Part shown: piece by piece, positions 49,511-59,273 of the stretch | Position numbering within the stretch: position 1 is the first letter of the stretch | How the letters are laid out: each line of letters starts with the position of its first letter | Assembly: GCA_963675665.1 (NCBI GenBank) | Contig: OY776510.1 | Coordinates: 4,320,001 to 4,384,000 of the forward strand | Length of the DNA stretch: 64,000 bases | Source: Spirochaetia bacterium | Lineage (GTDB): Bacteria > Spirochaetota > Spirochaetia > UBA9216 | Direction of reading: 5' to 3' | Made by a program: the position numbers and the translations under genes | Notes under the pieces: model-generated | What the model saw: only the letters and a program-made list of their open reading frames with translations | What the model was told of the DNA's origin: nothing | Databases searched by the model: none

Positions 49511-50345
49511 AAGTCTTCTCCTTTTCCGTTAAAGCTGCAATAGCGGAGTCCCTGTCATCAGGGCTGAATGCCATGTTGTGACTCGCAAGTTTTTCTTCTG
49601 CAAAGGCAGCGCCCTTGCCCTTGATTGTATCCAGAATAATCATCGAAGGTCGTCCGGCAGCTTTTTGGGCCCGTCCGACTGCATCAACTATCAAATCTGT
49701 TCTGTGACCGTCCACTCTCTGAACATGCCAGTTGAATGCGGACCATTTTGCGCCCAGATCATCAAGATTCATTATATCTCTTGTATACCCGTCGATATTC
49801 ATCTTGTTGTAATCGGTAAATGCTATCAGGTTATCAAGACCGTAGTGGGATGCGGCCATAGCTGCTTCCCATATCTGGCCTTCATCACTTTCACCGTCTC
49901 CGATAATTGCGTAAACGTAATTATTGAATTTATTCATTCTGCAACCCAGGGCTATCCCGATAGCTGCGGAAAGCCCCTGGCCCAGGGAACCGGTGCTCAT
50001 GTCTATTCCCGGCGTCCGTTTTCTGTCGCAATGACTGGGCAGATTGGTCCCGCCCTGGTTTAATGTTGCAAGCCATTCAACCGGGAAAAAACCCTTATCG
50101 GCCAGAACAGCGTAAAGAGCAGGACCGGCATGTCCCTTTGAAAGTACAAGCCTGTCGCGATCTTCCTTTCCCGGGTTTTCCGGATCCACATTCATGCATT
50201 CATAGTACAATGCAGTAAGCACCTCAACTATCGACAATGAACCGCCTATATGGCCGATGCCGATATCTCCGATGGCCTTGATAATCATCTTCCTTATCTT
50301 CAGGGCTTTCAGTTCCATTTCCCCTGATCCTTTTTTCAGACTCAT
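49503..50345 (-). CDS. Split transketolase, N-terminal (ThDP-binding) subunit
   Basis: GHIGGSLS, RDRLVLSKGH, STGSLGQG, GDGESDEGQIWEA, TIKGKG. Confidence 0.93.
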   Translation of the reverse strand: MSLKKGSGEMELKALKIRKMIIKAIGDIGIGHIGGSLSIVEVLTALYYECMNVDPENPGKEDRDRLVLSKGHAGPALYAVLADKGFFPVEWLATLNQGGTNLPSHCDRKRTPGIDMSTGSLGQGLSAAIGIALGCRMNKFNNYVYAIIGDGESDEGQIWEAAMAASHYGLDNLIAFTDYNKMNIDGYTRDIMNLDDLGAKWSAFNWHVQRVDGHRTDLIVDAVGRAQKAAGRPSMIILDTIKGKGAAFAEEKLASHNMAFSPDDRDSAIAALTEKEKTYA

Positions 50346-50501
50346 AAAATTCTCCTCAACCGGATAAATTCCCGGAGTATTTTTAACAAGCTGCCGAAAT
50401 GTTAAGTAACGTGATTCCGTTATGCATAACTCATCCGGAAGTTTATTAAAGACCTCCTGAAATATCTGTCCGAAAAATATAATTCATGATATATTTTAAA
50501 T

Positions 50502-50630
50502 GGAGCCCGTTCCCGGGTCTAATCCGGTTTGCCGGGCTCCGTACAACATCGGCTGTTTCCCCGCCGCCTTTCGGCGACGTTCCGTATGGAGTAACTCCAT
50601 CAGGAGTGTTTGGGGAAACAGCTTTTTTTT
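50502..50630. other. Compound intercistronic RNA structure (hairpin plus branched stem)
   Basis: GGAGCCCG/CGGGCTCC stem; GCTGTTTCCCC/GGGGAAACAGC stem enclosing two hairpins; T8 run on the plus strand. Confidence 0.55.
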
Positions 50631-51582
50631 AAAAAGCTGGTTTCTGTCCGGCTACATTGTCTTTTGTTATCTTTCTTGATGCCGGAATAACCTCAGGATC
50701 AACCTTTTCGCCGTTGAGAATCTTCATTGCAAGTTCAAATCCCTGGGTTCCGCATGGTTCATATGTCCAGGTTGCGGACATTTCACCGGCTGCAATCGCG
50801 TCAAGTTCTTCCTGCTGACCGTCAAGACCAATTATAATTACTTCATCAAGTCTGCCTGCATCTTTTACAGCCTGAACGGCACCGAGGGCCATTTCGCCGT
50901 TTGCAGCAAAAATAACATCAAGAGTTCCTGCAGGATTTGCCTGAAGGACATTCTGCATTACAGAAACAGCCTGTGGTCTTCTGTAATCAGCCGGCTGCTG
51001 TGCAACAACCTTTATGCCGCTCTGTTTGTCAATTACTTCATGAAAACCGCCTACTCTGTTAACAGAGGTTTCATCACCGGGAATACCTTCAATTACTACA
51101 ACATTTCCCTTTACAGAACCGTATTTTCCTTTCAGATGATCTACAACATAGTCTCCAATTTCAGTACCGATAAGGTAATTGTCCATTGAGACCATTGTAA
51201 TCGCATCGGTGCCGTGGATAGGTTTTCCTACAAACATGAAGGGAATACCCTTTTCATGAACTTTATTCAGTTCCTGCTTCAGGCCCTCTGCCTTTGCTGC
51301 CTGAACAAGAAGAATATCGATGCCCTTTGTGAGCATATCTTCAATACCTGCAACCTGCTTTACAACAGAGCCCTGTCCGTCGGTGGCAATAACCTTTACA
51401 TTCGGATAAGCTTCAGCTGCATCGAGAATCTGATCTCTCTGGGTTATCATGAACGGATGGTCCAGACTTTCCTGTGAAAGTCCGATTACGATCATGTCAT
51501 CTCCGCCTTCCTGCTGTCCTCCAGCAAAAGCCATTCCCGTAATACTGATTAACAACAGCATTACTACCAGAATTTTCTTCAT
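50629..51582 (-). CDS. Sugar/polyol ABC transporter substrate-binding protein (RbsB-like)
   Basis: MAFAGGQQE signal, DHPF, IEGIPG, ANGEMALGA, IGLDG; AAGGAGG RBS. Confidence 0.92.
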   Translation of the reverse strand: MKKILVVMLLLISITGMAFAGGQQEGGDDMIVIGLSQESLDHPFMITQRDQILDAAEAYPNVKVIATDGQGSVVKQVAGIEDMLTKGIDILLVQAAKAEGLKQELNKVHEKGIPFMFVGKPIHGTDAITMVSMDNYLIGTEIGDYVVDHLKGKYGSVKGNVVVIEGIPGDETSVNRVGGFHEVIDKQSGIKVVAQQPADYRRPQAVSVMQNVLQANPAGTLDVIFAANGEMALGAVQAVKDAGRLDEVIIIGLDGQQEELDAIAAGEMSATWTYEPCGTQGFELAMKILNGEKVDPEVIPASRKITKDNVAGQKPAF

Positions 51583-51756
51583 CCAATTCCTCCTTGAAAA
51601 GAAAAACAAAAGCCGACAGCTTAAGTTCTCCTCTTTGAAGTTTTATATCAGCTACGCTGACAAAACTTCTTTAAAATCTATGGTGATCAATTAAAGAATA
51701 CGAGATCCTTTAATTGCCAATGCACAATTGCTCCTATCAGCCTGAATAAATACAGT

Positions 51757-52713
51757 TTATTTCTTTCTGTTGGACTGCATGCTCTGAGCCAGAACAGCAA
51801 TGATGATGATTGCCCCCTTTACAATTTTCTGGGTGTATCCCGGGACATTGATCAGGTTAAGAAAGTTATTAAGAATTCCTATTATTATTACGCCTATTAC
51901 GGTACCGACAACTCCGCCCCGTCCCCCGGCAAGAGAGGTCCCTCCGACAGCTACCGACGCAATTGCATCAAGTTCCATTCCGGATCCGAGATTGGCCTCG
52001 CCGACATTAAGATGATTAGCCATGATAATGCCTGCAAAGCCTGAAAGACCGGAACTGATTACATAGGCCGCCATCTTTACCCTGTCTACCCTGATTCCGG
52101 AAAGCCGGCTGCCTTCCTCGTTTCCGCCTACAGCGTAAATATAGCGGCCGAGTCTTGTCCGGTTTAATACTATGCTTGCTGCAACTGCCGTAATTGCAAA
52201 CAGAATCGTCTGAACGGGGATGGTATCAAACAGTTTGCCCTGGCCAATGAAAGAAAGTCCTTCCGGCGTACCGATAATCGGGTGGCCGTGAGAATAAGTC
52301 AGCCCTATTCCGACAACAGCGGTCATCATACCGAGCGTTGCGATAAATGCCTGGAGTTTCCCTTTTGTAACAAGTATTCCCGTTACCAGGCCGAAAATCA
52401 TGCTCAACGCCATAGCCAGAAGAAAAGCGGGAAGAGCGCCGTAGTCCTTGAACCCGGCGACAATCAGGGTTGAAAAAGCCAGTACCGAACCAACCGAAAG
52501 GTCTATTCCGCCCGTAATAATAACAAAAGTCATGCCGATGCTGATTATGCCTATTTCCGAAACCTGTCTTGTTATATTTAAAAGGTTTTCAGCTTTTAAA
52601 AAATACGGCGATACAATTGCACAAACTATAAATAAAATCACCAGAACAGCAAGCATTCCGTAGTTTTCCACGAAATGAACCCTGTTAAATTTCCCTGTTT
52701 TAATATCCGACAT
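51757..52713 (-). CDS. Sugar ABC transporter permease (RbsC-like)
   Basis: GGIDLSVGS, FIATLG, AVGGNEEGSRLSGI, ELDAIA. Confidence 0.93.
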   Translation of the reverse strand: MSDIKTGKFNRVHFVENYGMLAVLVILFIVCAIVSPYFLKAENLLNITRQVSEIGIISIGMTFVIITGGIDLSVGSVLAFSTLIVAGFKDYGALPAFLLAMALSMIFGLVTGILVTKGKLQAFIATLGMMTAVVGIGLTYSHGHPIIGTPEGLSFIGQGKLFDTIPVQTILFAITAVAASIVLNRTRLGRYIYAVGGNEEGSRLSGIRVDRVKMAAYVISSGLSGFAGIIMANHLNVGEANLGSGMELDAIASVAVGGTSLAGGRGGVVGTVIGVIIIGILNNFLNLINVPGYTQKIVKGAIIIIAVLAQSMQSNRKK

Positions 52714-54212
52714 TACGCCACCTCCCCTGTTGCACACTTCATAATTTTCTCCTCCGTAGCTTCGTCCGCCGTAAACTCTCCCGTAATACGGCCTGAGTGC
52801 ATTACCAGAATACGATCGCTTACCCCTATAATTTCCGGAAGCTCCGAAGAAATCATAATTATTACCTTGCCCTGATCGGCCAGTTTTCTCATCAGATTGT
52901 AAATTTCAGCCTTCGCCCCTACATCTATTCCCCTTGTAGGTTCATCCAGAATGATAACATTGCAGTCTTTGGCCAGCCATTTGGCAAGAACCACTTTCTG
53001 CTGATTTCCGCCTGATAATCCGCTGACCGGCAGATCGATGCCTGCGGAAGCAATTTTCAGAATTTTGATATACCTGTCGGCTATTTCTTTTTCCTTTTTG
53101 GGCTGAATCAGTCCGCCTTTTAAAATCGTATCAAGCACAGCCAGAGAAATATTCTTTTTTACAGACATACCCAGGATAAGCCCCTGCTGTTTACGATCTT
53201 CAGTTGCAAAACCGATACTCTTCTGAATGGCCTTCAGCGGTTCGGTAATCCTGACTTCCTTACCGTAAAGGGAAATCCGGCCGCTGTCAAAGCGGTCCGC
53301 ACCGAATACCGCGCGGGCAAGCTCAGTACGCCCGGCGCCTACCAGTCCCGAAATTCCGAGAATCTCTCCTGCATACGCCTCGAACGAAACATCTTTCAGA
53401 ACACCTTCACGCTTGATATTTCTTACGTCAAGAACCTTCGCTCCCCGTTTTGCGCTTGCGCGGGAGGGATAATACTCACCGAGGGTTCTGCCGACCATCA
53501 TTTTTATCATCCGGTCCTTATCAAGGCTGGCTACATCTTCCGTTCCAACGGTTTTTCCGTCCTTAAGAATTGTAACCCTGTCGCACACCTCAAAAATTTC
53601 TTCAAGTCTGTGCGAAATATATATTATTGTTTTTCCGTTTGCCCTGAGCTTTCGGATTGTTCCAAAAAGAAAATCTATTTCATGATCGGTAAGCGTTGCT
53701 GTCGGTTCATCCATAACAATCAGCTCGGCATTCATGGACAGGGCCTTTGCTATCTCCACCATCTGCTGCTGTGCGACACTCAGGTTTTTCACTTTTTGAC
53801 TGACATCTATATTGAGGCCCAATCCGTTCAGAAGTTTCCGGGCTTCATTCTTCATCGTTTTATAATCAATAAATTTACCGCTTACAAGCGGTTCACGACC
53901 AAGAAAAATATTCTCAACAACACTCATATAAGGAATTAGATTGAACTCCTGATAAATTATTCCGATACCGGCCTTCTGGGCGGCTATCGGATCCGGATGA
54001 TTGAATAATTGTCCCTTAAACCATATTTCACCGGAATTCGGCTGATGCGCTGCACTGAGAACTTTCATTAGTGTTGATTTTCCGGCCCCGTTTTCACCGA
54101 GCAATGCATGAACTTCACCCTGGAAACAGGAAAAAGTTACATTATCCAGAGCTTTTACACCCGGAAACGATTTTTCTATATTTTTCATCTGCAATATGAT
54201 TTGATCACTCAT
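52713..54212 (-). CDS. Sugar ABC transporter ATP-binding protein (RbsA-like)
   Basis: GENGAGKST, MDEPT, LSGGNQQK, DEPTRGIDVGAK. Confidence 0.95.
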   Translation of the reverse strand: MSDQIILQMKNIEKSFPGVKALDNVTFSCFQGEVHALLGENGAGKSTLMKVLSAAHQPNSGEIWFKGQLFNHPDPIAAQKAGIGIIYQEFNLIPYMSVVENIFLGREPLVSGKFIDYKTMKNEARKLLNGLGLNIDVSQKVKNLSVAQQQMVEIAKALSMNAELIVMDEPTATLTDHEIDFLFGTIRKLRANGKTIIYISHRLEEIFEVCDRVTILKDGKTVGTEDVASLDKDRMIKMMVGRTLGEYYPSRASAKRGAKVLDVRNIKREGVLKDVSFEAYAGEILGISGLVGAGRTELARAVFGADRFDSGRISLYGKEVRITEPLKAIQKSIGFATEDRKQQGLILGMSVKKNISLAVLDTILKGGLIQPKKEKEIADRYIKILKIASAGIDLPVSGLSGGNQQKVVLAKWLAKDCNVIILDEPTRGIDVGAKAEIYNLMRKLADQGKVIIMISSELPEIIGVSDRILVMHSGRITGEFTADEATEEKIMKCATGEVA

Positions 54213-54239
54213 TTGTAGTTTCTCTCCGGTTAACTATAC

Positions 54240-54255
54240 TGCAATAAACATGCCA
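54240..54255 (-). promoter_or_regulatory. sigma54 (-24/-12) promoter TGGCAT-GTTTA-TTGCA
   Basis: Matches TGGCAY-N5-TTGCW with exact spacing, 27 nt before the ATPase start codon. Confidence 0.8.
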
Positions 54256-54486
54256 GTTTAATTTATCAAAAGGATCACTGATTTAGACACACTCTAATTT
54301 CTTACACATTAACTATTTAGCATGTTTAATGAATAAACTGCAGTACTAAATCTATTAACCTTTGTTTACTCTCGTTTATTTTTTCTACACATCCCGCTGC
54401 AGATTGTGTAAAATTTAACCACAGAGATTTTTTCTGAAAATATTCCAGGACAACAGTAGACAAATTTCCGCTTTTTCTATTAATAT

Positions 54487-55374
54487 ATGACTGTCATGGA
54501 TGTTAGAACATATTTGGCGCGGATAGGAATCAATGAAATTCCCGAGGCAACTCTGGAAAATCTTAAACTGCTGCAAAGCAGACATCTTCTGACTGTACCG
54601 TTTGAAAACCTTAATATACATATGTATAATAAACTCTCTTCGGATCCCGACGAGCTTTTCGAAAAGATCGTTCTTCAGCGCCGCGGCGGCGTCTGCTACG
54701 AATTAAATTATCTGTATATGCTCCTGCTTGACGAACTGGGATACAGGACATCATTTTACGGCGGACGGGCCGGCGAGAACGGCACTTTTTTCGATCACAG
54801 TTTTCCGATAGTGGAAATAGACGGAATTCGCTATATAACCGATGTCGGATTCGGAGACAACTTTCTCTATCCCCTTGAGTTTAAACCCGATGTCCCCCAG
54901 CTGGATCCGAAAGGCATCTTTACAATAGAATATGAAGGCGGCGGATACTACACGGTATACAAGGAACTTGAAGACAAACGCTTTACCGAGTACACCTTCA
55001 CCCTTAATAAAAGAAAACTAAGTGATTTTAACGATAGAAAAATCTTCTATACGACAAATCCCGAATCTCATTTTTTCAGAAACCTAATAGTCTCAATTGA
55101 ACTCGAAAACGGCCGCATTTCCCTGAAACAATCCAAGATTCTTTTTACCGAAGGAAACGAACGGCGCTGGATCAAGGTTGAGTCGTTTTATCATTATGTC
55201 TATTTACTGTTCGAATATTTCGGAATAGTACTTACTCCGCAGGAGCGCAGAAAACTGAAAAACTCAAAATTCTGGAATAAACGCTATAACAGGAAAAAAA
55301 CCCGCGCGCTATTAATGGCAAGTTCAATTCAGCAGAATTTTTACAACCGTTTCGGGACCTTCCTGGGCGGATAA
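54487..55374 (+). CDS. Arylamine N-acetyltransferase family protein
   Basis: VPFENL, RRGGVCYELN (Cys), DH (His), TDVGFG (Asp). Confidence 0.92.
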   Translation: MTVMDVRTYLARIGINEIPEATLENLKLLQSRHLLTVPFENLNIHMYNKLSSDPDELFEKIVLQRRGGVCYELNYLYMLLLDELGYRTSFYGGRAGENGTFFDHSFPIVEIDGIRYITDVGFGDNFLYPLEFKPDVPQLDPKGIFTIEYEGGGYYTVYKELEDKRFTEYTFTLNKRKLSDFNDRKIFYTTNPESHFFRNLIVSIELENGRISLKQSKILFTEGNERRWIKVESFYHYVYLLFEYFGIVLTPQERRKLKNSKFWNKRYNRKKTRALLMASSIQQNFYNRFGTFLGG

Positions 55375-55398
55375 AAAATCTGAACACTCCAGGCTGTT

Positions 55399-56160
55399 TT
55401 AACCATTTACCCAGTCAACAACCTTTTCAGTCACAGGATCGCATTCCGGTCCTTCAAAAAAAACATGCGGGCTGTTTTTCAGTATCAATTTTTCCGCCAG
55501 GTAATCTTTTACGCCGGCTTCTATTATCTCTCCCGCCGACAGGGGGACCGTACTGTCCTTTTCCGACAGCATGATATATACAGGACAATTGATATCTTTC
55601 AGCTTTCGCCGGGCCATTCTCATTATCTTTATAAATCCCGCAAGCTGCGCCGTATAATGCCTGCTCCAGTACTCACGTTCCATGAAAATCCTGTCTTCAT
55701 CTATAACCTCTGCCCGGGGACGGTCGCGCTTTATGTATGGAATAAGAAATCTCAATACCGGTGTAAAATATACCAGTTTCTGTTTTACAGCTATTGCCGG
55801 GGCAAGGAGGATGATCTTTTCCGGTTGAAACTCGGCCGCCGCCAGAATCGCAAGCAGGCTTCCCATTGATAACCCTACTATTGTTACAGATTCGAACCTG
55901 CTCTGAAGATTCAGATACTCATTCCTAAGATGGTCCAGCCATAATTTCCAGTTGCTATTTTGAAAATCCTTACGGTTTGTCGCATGCCCGGGCAGACGCG
56001 GAACTGCAACAGTATATCCTTCCGCATGCAACCTGCGGGCCACTTTATAGACTTCAGCCGGATAACCGTTATAACCGTGCTGTACCAGTACGGCCCTGCC
56101 GTTTGTACCTTCAAGGTATAACGGAAGAGCCGACTTTAAAACTTTAATATTGCTTTTCAT
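55399..56160 (-). CDS. Alpha/beta hydrolase (carboxylesterase)
   Basis: HGY, LPGH, GLSMG nucleophile elbow, D..V and SPH. Confidence 0.9.
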   Translation of the reverse strand: MKSNIKVLKSALPLYLEGTNGRAVLVQHGYNGYPAEVYKVARRLHAEGYTVAVPRLPGHATNRKDFQNSNWKLWLDHLRNEYLNLQSRFESVTIVGLSMGSLLAILAAAEFQPEKIILLAPAIAVKQKLVYFTPVLRFLIPYIKRDRPRAEVIDEDRIFMEREYWSRHYTAQLAGFIKIMRMARRKLKDINCPVYIMLSEKDSTVPLSAGEIIEAGVKDYLAEKLILKNSPHVFFEGPECDPVTEKVVDWVNG

Positions 56161-56223
56161 TCTACAGTCCTGACTTTTATTTTCATCAAATCCGCTGGTC
56201 TTGTCAATTTCTCCGGAGAAAAC

Positions 56224-56252
56224 TTGCGATCCGGCGAATGATTTCTTACAAT
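56224..56252 (+). promoter_or_regulatory. Candidate sigma70 promoter of the MCP gene
   Basis: TTGCGA-17 bp-TACAAT. Confidence 0.45.
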
Positions 56253-56289
56253 AATATCAAAACTATTAATTAATTCAGAGGAAAATTTA

Positions 56290-58074
56290 ATGAAAGTTTC
56301 AATTAAAAGCAGTTTGATAATATCGTTTGTGCTGATTATTTTTATTATTATTTTTCTTTCAATAACAAGTATACAAGCCAACCTTGATTCAGGAAAAATG
56401 ATAAGCGAAGTTAATGAGGAAGTTTTGCCTCATACCCTTGATTACCTTGAACTTGAGAAAAATGTCATGCAGATTCAGCAGCATCTTACCACAATATCCG
56501 CATCACGGGCGGCTTTCGGCCTTGATGAGGGTTTCATTGGAGCAGCTGCAGCTTTTGAAAGAGCAGAAGAAATTTTCGCAAGACTTATTGATGAACACCG
56601 GAATGAACCCGAAATTCTGGAGGCTTTGACAACACTTCAGGTGAAGTTTAAAGATTTTTATTCACTTGGCAGAGAAACTGCAAAGATCTATATTGCGGAA
56701 GGTTCTGAAAAAGGCAATCTGATGATGGAAAAATTCAACCCCGCAGCCGAGGGCCTCAGCAGGGAATTGTCTGAAATGGTTGAGACGCACAGGGCTGAGT
56801 TAAGCAGCAGCTTCAGAACGATTGGCAATACAAACTCAAGGCTGATTTATCTTTCTATTATTTCCGGAATAGTTGCGGTACTTGTCGGAATAATACTTTC
56901 AATTGTCTCGGTTAAAAGAATCTCAAGCGGAGTCAATTTGATTTATAAATTCTCAAAACTTCTTGCTGAAGGAAATCTGGCTGAACGCATAGACATCAAA
57001 CGAAAAGACGAGTTTGGAACGCTGGCAGAAAATTTCAACCAGAGTATCGAAAAGTTAAATGAACTAGTGAGCAACATGAACGTTTCAGCCGATCAGAATT
57101 TCAGCGTTTGCAGCAATCTGTCGTCATCAAGCGATTCTGTTTCCGGTGCAGCAGAGGTTATGGAGTCAAGCATTTCGAGCATGAATGCCCAACTGGAAAA
57201 TCAGGACAATGAAATAGCCGAGGCTGTTACGGCTGTCAACGAAATTTCGGCAAATATAGCTTCGCTTACCAGGCAAATAGAAAACCAGTCCAAAGCAGTA
57301 ACCTCATCCTCCGCTTCTGTCGAGGAGATGGGAGCATCGATAAATAATATTGCCAAACTGAGCCGCGACAGGAATCACAAGATAGAGGAACTTATAAGTA
57401 CTATAGTTCAAACCAGGAGCAATGCGGAAAAGACTGAATCAATAATTTCCGAAGTTCACAGCCTGACTGAAAGCATGCAGGAAATAACCGGAGTTATTAA
57501 TAACATCTCTTCACAGACCAATCTCCTTGCAATGAATGCCGCAATAGAGGCGGCACATGCTGGTGAAGCCGGGCGGGGATTCGCAGTAGTAGCAGAAGAA
57601 ATCCGTAAACTTGCAGAAGACACGGGAGCCAATGCAGACCAGATATCCAATACGCTGAACAAGATTACCGCAATCGTTCAGCAAGCCCTGAACGCATCAG
57701 TTGAGAACCGTGAATCTTTCAACAGGGTTGAGTCTGAAGTCAGCGGATTTACAGAAACCTTTCAGGAGATCAATTCGACCATGTCGGAACTGTCTGAAGG
57801 TACTGCGGATGTGATAGGCTCAGTTTCAGCGCTGTCGGATATAACCAGCGAGATTAAGATTGCATCAAGTGAAATTAATGCGGGAACCGAAAATATTAAC
57901 AGCGCAATGGGTAATATAAAGCAGCTGTCCGATTCCGTCCTGCAGGAGATAAGAGAAATAGGTACAGGAGTAGAAAATATTACAGACTCGATTGAGAACC
58001 TTCATGCTATATCCGTCGAATCAAGGAATGCAAACGAGCTGGTCAGAAAAAGTATTTCACTGTTCAGAATATAA
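56290..58074 (+). CDS. Methyl-accepting chemotaxis protein (4-helix periplasmic sensor, HAMP)
   Basis: 2 TM, DEFG HAMP, canonical tip [35 protein letters not shown]. Confidence 0.94.
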   Translation: MKVSIKSSLIISFVLIIFIIIFLSITSIQANLDSGKMISEVNEEVLPHTLDYLELEKNVMQIQQHLTTISASRAAFGLDEGFIGAAAAFERAEEIFARLIDEHRNEPEILEALTTLQVKFKDFYSLGRETAKIYIAEGSEKGNLMMEKFNPAAEGLSRELSEMVETHRAELSSSFRTIGNTNSRLIYLSIISGIVAVLVGIILSIVSVKRISSGVNLIYKFSKLLAEGNLAERIDIKRKDEFGTLAENFNQSIEKLNELVSNMNVSADQNFSVCSNLSSSSDSVSGAAEVMESSISSMNAQLENQDNEIAEAVTAVNEISANIASLTRQIENQSKAVTSSSASVEEMGASINNIAKLSRDRNHKIEELISTIVQTRSNAEKTESIISEVHSLTESMQEITGVINNISSQTNLLAMNAAIEAAHAGEAGRGFAVVAEEIRKLAEDTGANADQISNTLNKITAIVQQALNASVENRESFNRVESEVSGFTETFQEINSTMSELSEGTADVIGSVSALSDITSEIKIASSEINAGTENINSAMGNIKQLSDSVLQEIREIGTGVENITDSIENLHAISVESRNANELVRKSISLFRI

Positions 58075-58092
58075 AACTGCTAGTAATTGTGC

Positions 58093-59256
58093 TTATCTCC
58101 AAGGTACAGGCCTCAGCTCATAAGCTCCGATATCCGGGCGCATATCTCTCAATACCCCGCGTTGATCTGTTTCAGGACCTGTTCCGGAAATTACTGCATT
58201 TCTGAGCGGCGAAAACCATTTTATCCTCACAACCGGAAGTTTTCCGGGATAATACACAGGCTTCCGGATTCGGGGATTCCCTTCCGCTGCACCGGGAAGG
58301 CTTCCGTCGGCAACAAAGTTATCCGCCTGCTGCTCAATAAAACCTTCTCCGTAAAACCCGTGGGCCTTTATATTTACAAAATCGCCGTAACTGTTGCCGG
58401 TTATCAGGCTACGAAAAATGGAAAGCCTGCCCATATTGCATAGACCGCTTCCGCGCTGGATGGATTTATTGAACGCCAGCGTTACATGGTTCAGCAGAAG
58501 GTCTCCCTTGTTGCAGATGCCCCCTCCGCGTTTTCTGCACTTGTTCTCGATTATTGTTGTATTAATGATCTCGGCGCGGCTTTCGCATGCAACAAAAATA
58601 CCTCCGCCCCGGCTGATTGATGAGTTACCGTAGATTGCCGAATTTTCAATATACAGATCAGCCCCGTTTTCGGTTTTTATTCCCCCGCCGCTGCCTACGC
58701 ATCCTGTACCCGAGTTTCTTACTGCCGGCGGGGCCGGGAAAATATCATTACTGAAAACAGCGCAATTGTACAATTCGGTACGGCCGCGGGTAAAGATTCC
58801 TGCACCGTAAACCGCATCATTCATGGCAACCGCACAGTCATACATGATTAGCCGGCCTTCGTTATCAATACCGCCGCCGCGGTAAGGCACTTCGGAAGGT
58901 CTGCCGTAACGGATAGTCAGACCGCGCAGCTCCAGTGAGCCGCCCTTTTTTACAGTGAAAACCCTGTCTGAAGCCTCGCCTCTTGAACCGGAAGCCTGAA
59001 TCACTGAAACCCCGCGGCTTTCCCCGATTATTGAAACATCACCTTCGATAACTACCCCGGCTTCCGTATGAACATTATCTGAAAGCCTGATGACAAGTTG
59101 CCCTGCTTCCCCGGCATGAGCATCAAGCGCAGACTGCAGGGTAATAAACATCCCGGACCTTCCTACAGTAACAACGCCATTCCCCGGCAAAGCAGATACC
59201 GCGCTGCAGGAGAATATTAAAAAAACGGACAGGACAACTGTTTTCATTTTTTTCAT
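58093..59256 (-). CDS. Exported right-handed beta-helix protein with choice-of-anchor Q-like C-terminus
   Basis: Signal peptide, repeated GGGI/N-x-S motifs, DQRG...PDIGAYE. Confidence 0.75.
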   Translation of the reverse strand: MKKMKTVVLSVFLIFSCSAVSALPGNGVVTVGRSGMFITLQSALDAHAGEAGQLVIRLSDNVHTEAGVVIEGDVSIIGESRGVSVIQASGSRGEASDRVFTVKKGGSLELRGLTIRYGRPSEVPYRGGGIDNEGRLIMYDCAVAMNDAVYGAGIFTRGRTELYNCAVFSNDIFPAPPAVRNSGTGCVGSGGGIKTENGADLYIENSAIYGNSSISRGGGIFVACESRAEIINTTIIENKCRKRGGGICNKGDLLLNHVTLAFNKSIQRGSGLCNMGRLSIFRSLITGNSYGDFVNIKAHGFYGEGFIEQQADNFVADGSLPGAAEGNPRIRKPVYYPGKLPVVRIKWFSPLRNAVISGTGPETDQRGVLRDMRPDIGAYELRPVPWR

Positions 59257-59273
59257 TCCATATATAATAACCT

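Noticed and set aside
50550-50625. Hammerhead, fluoride, TPP or Moco/Wco riboswitch-like words (CTGATGG, GAAAC, GATGGAGTT, ACACTC...ATACGG) upstream of tkt-aor
   Set aside because: The core reads CUGAUGG rather than CUGAUGA and no stem I forms. The fluoride 3' GCUGAUGAC, the TPP CUGAGA and the Moco CCUCC...GGAAAGG elements are all missing.
50446-51740. Tiny minus-strand ORFs in the intergenic gaps (13 aa from 50487; 12 aa GTG ORF near 51725)
   Set aside because: Too short, no informative composition, and expected by chance.
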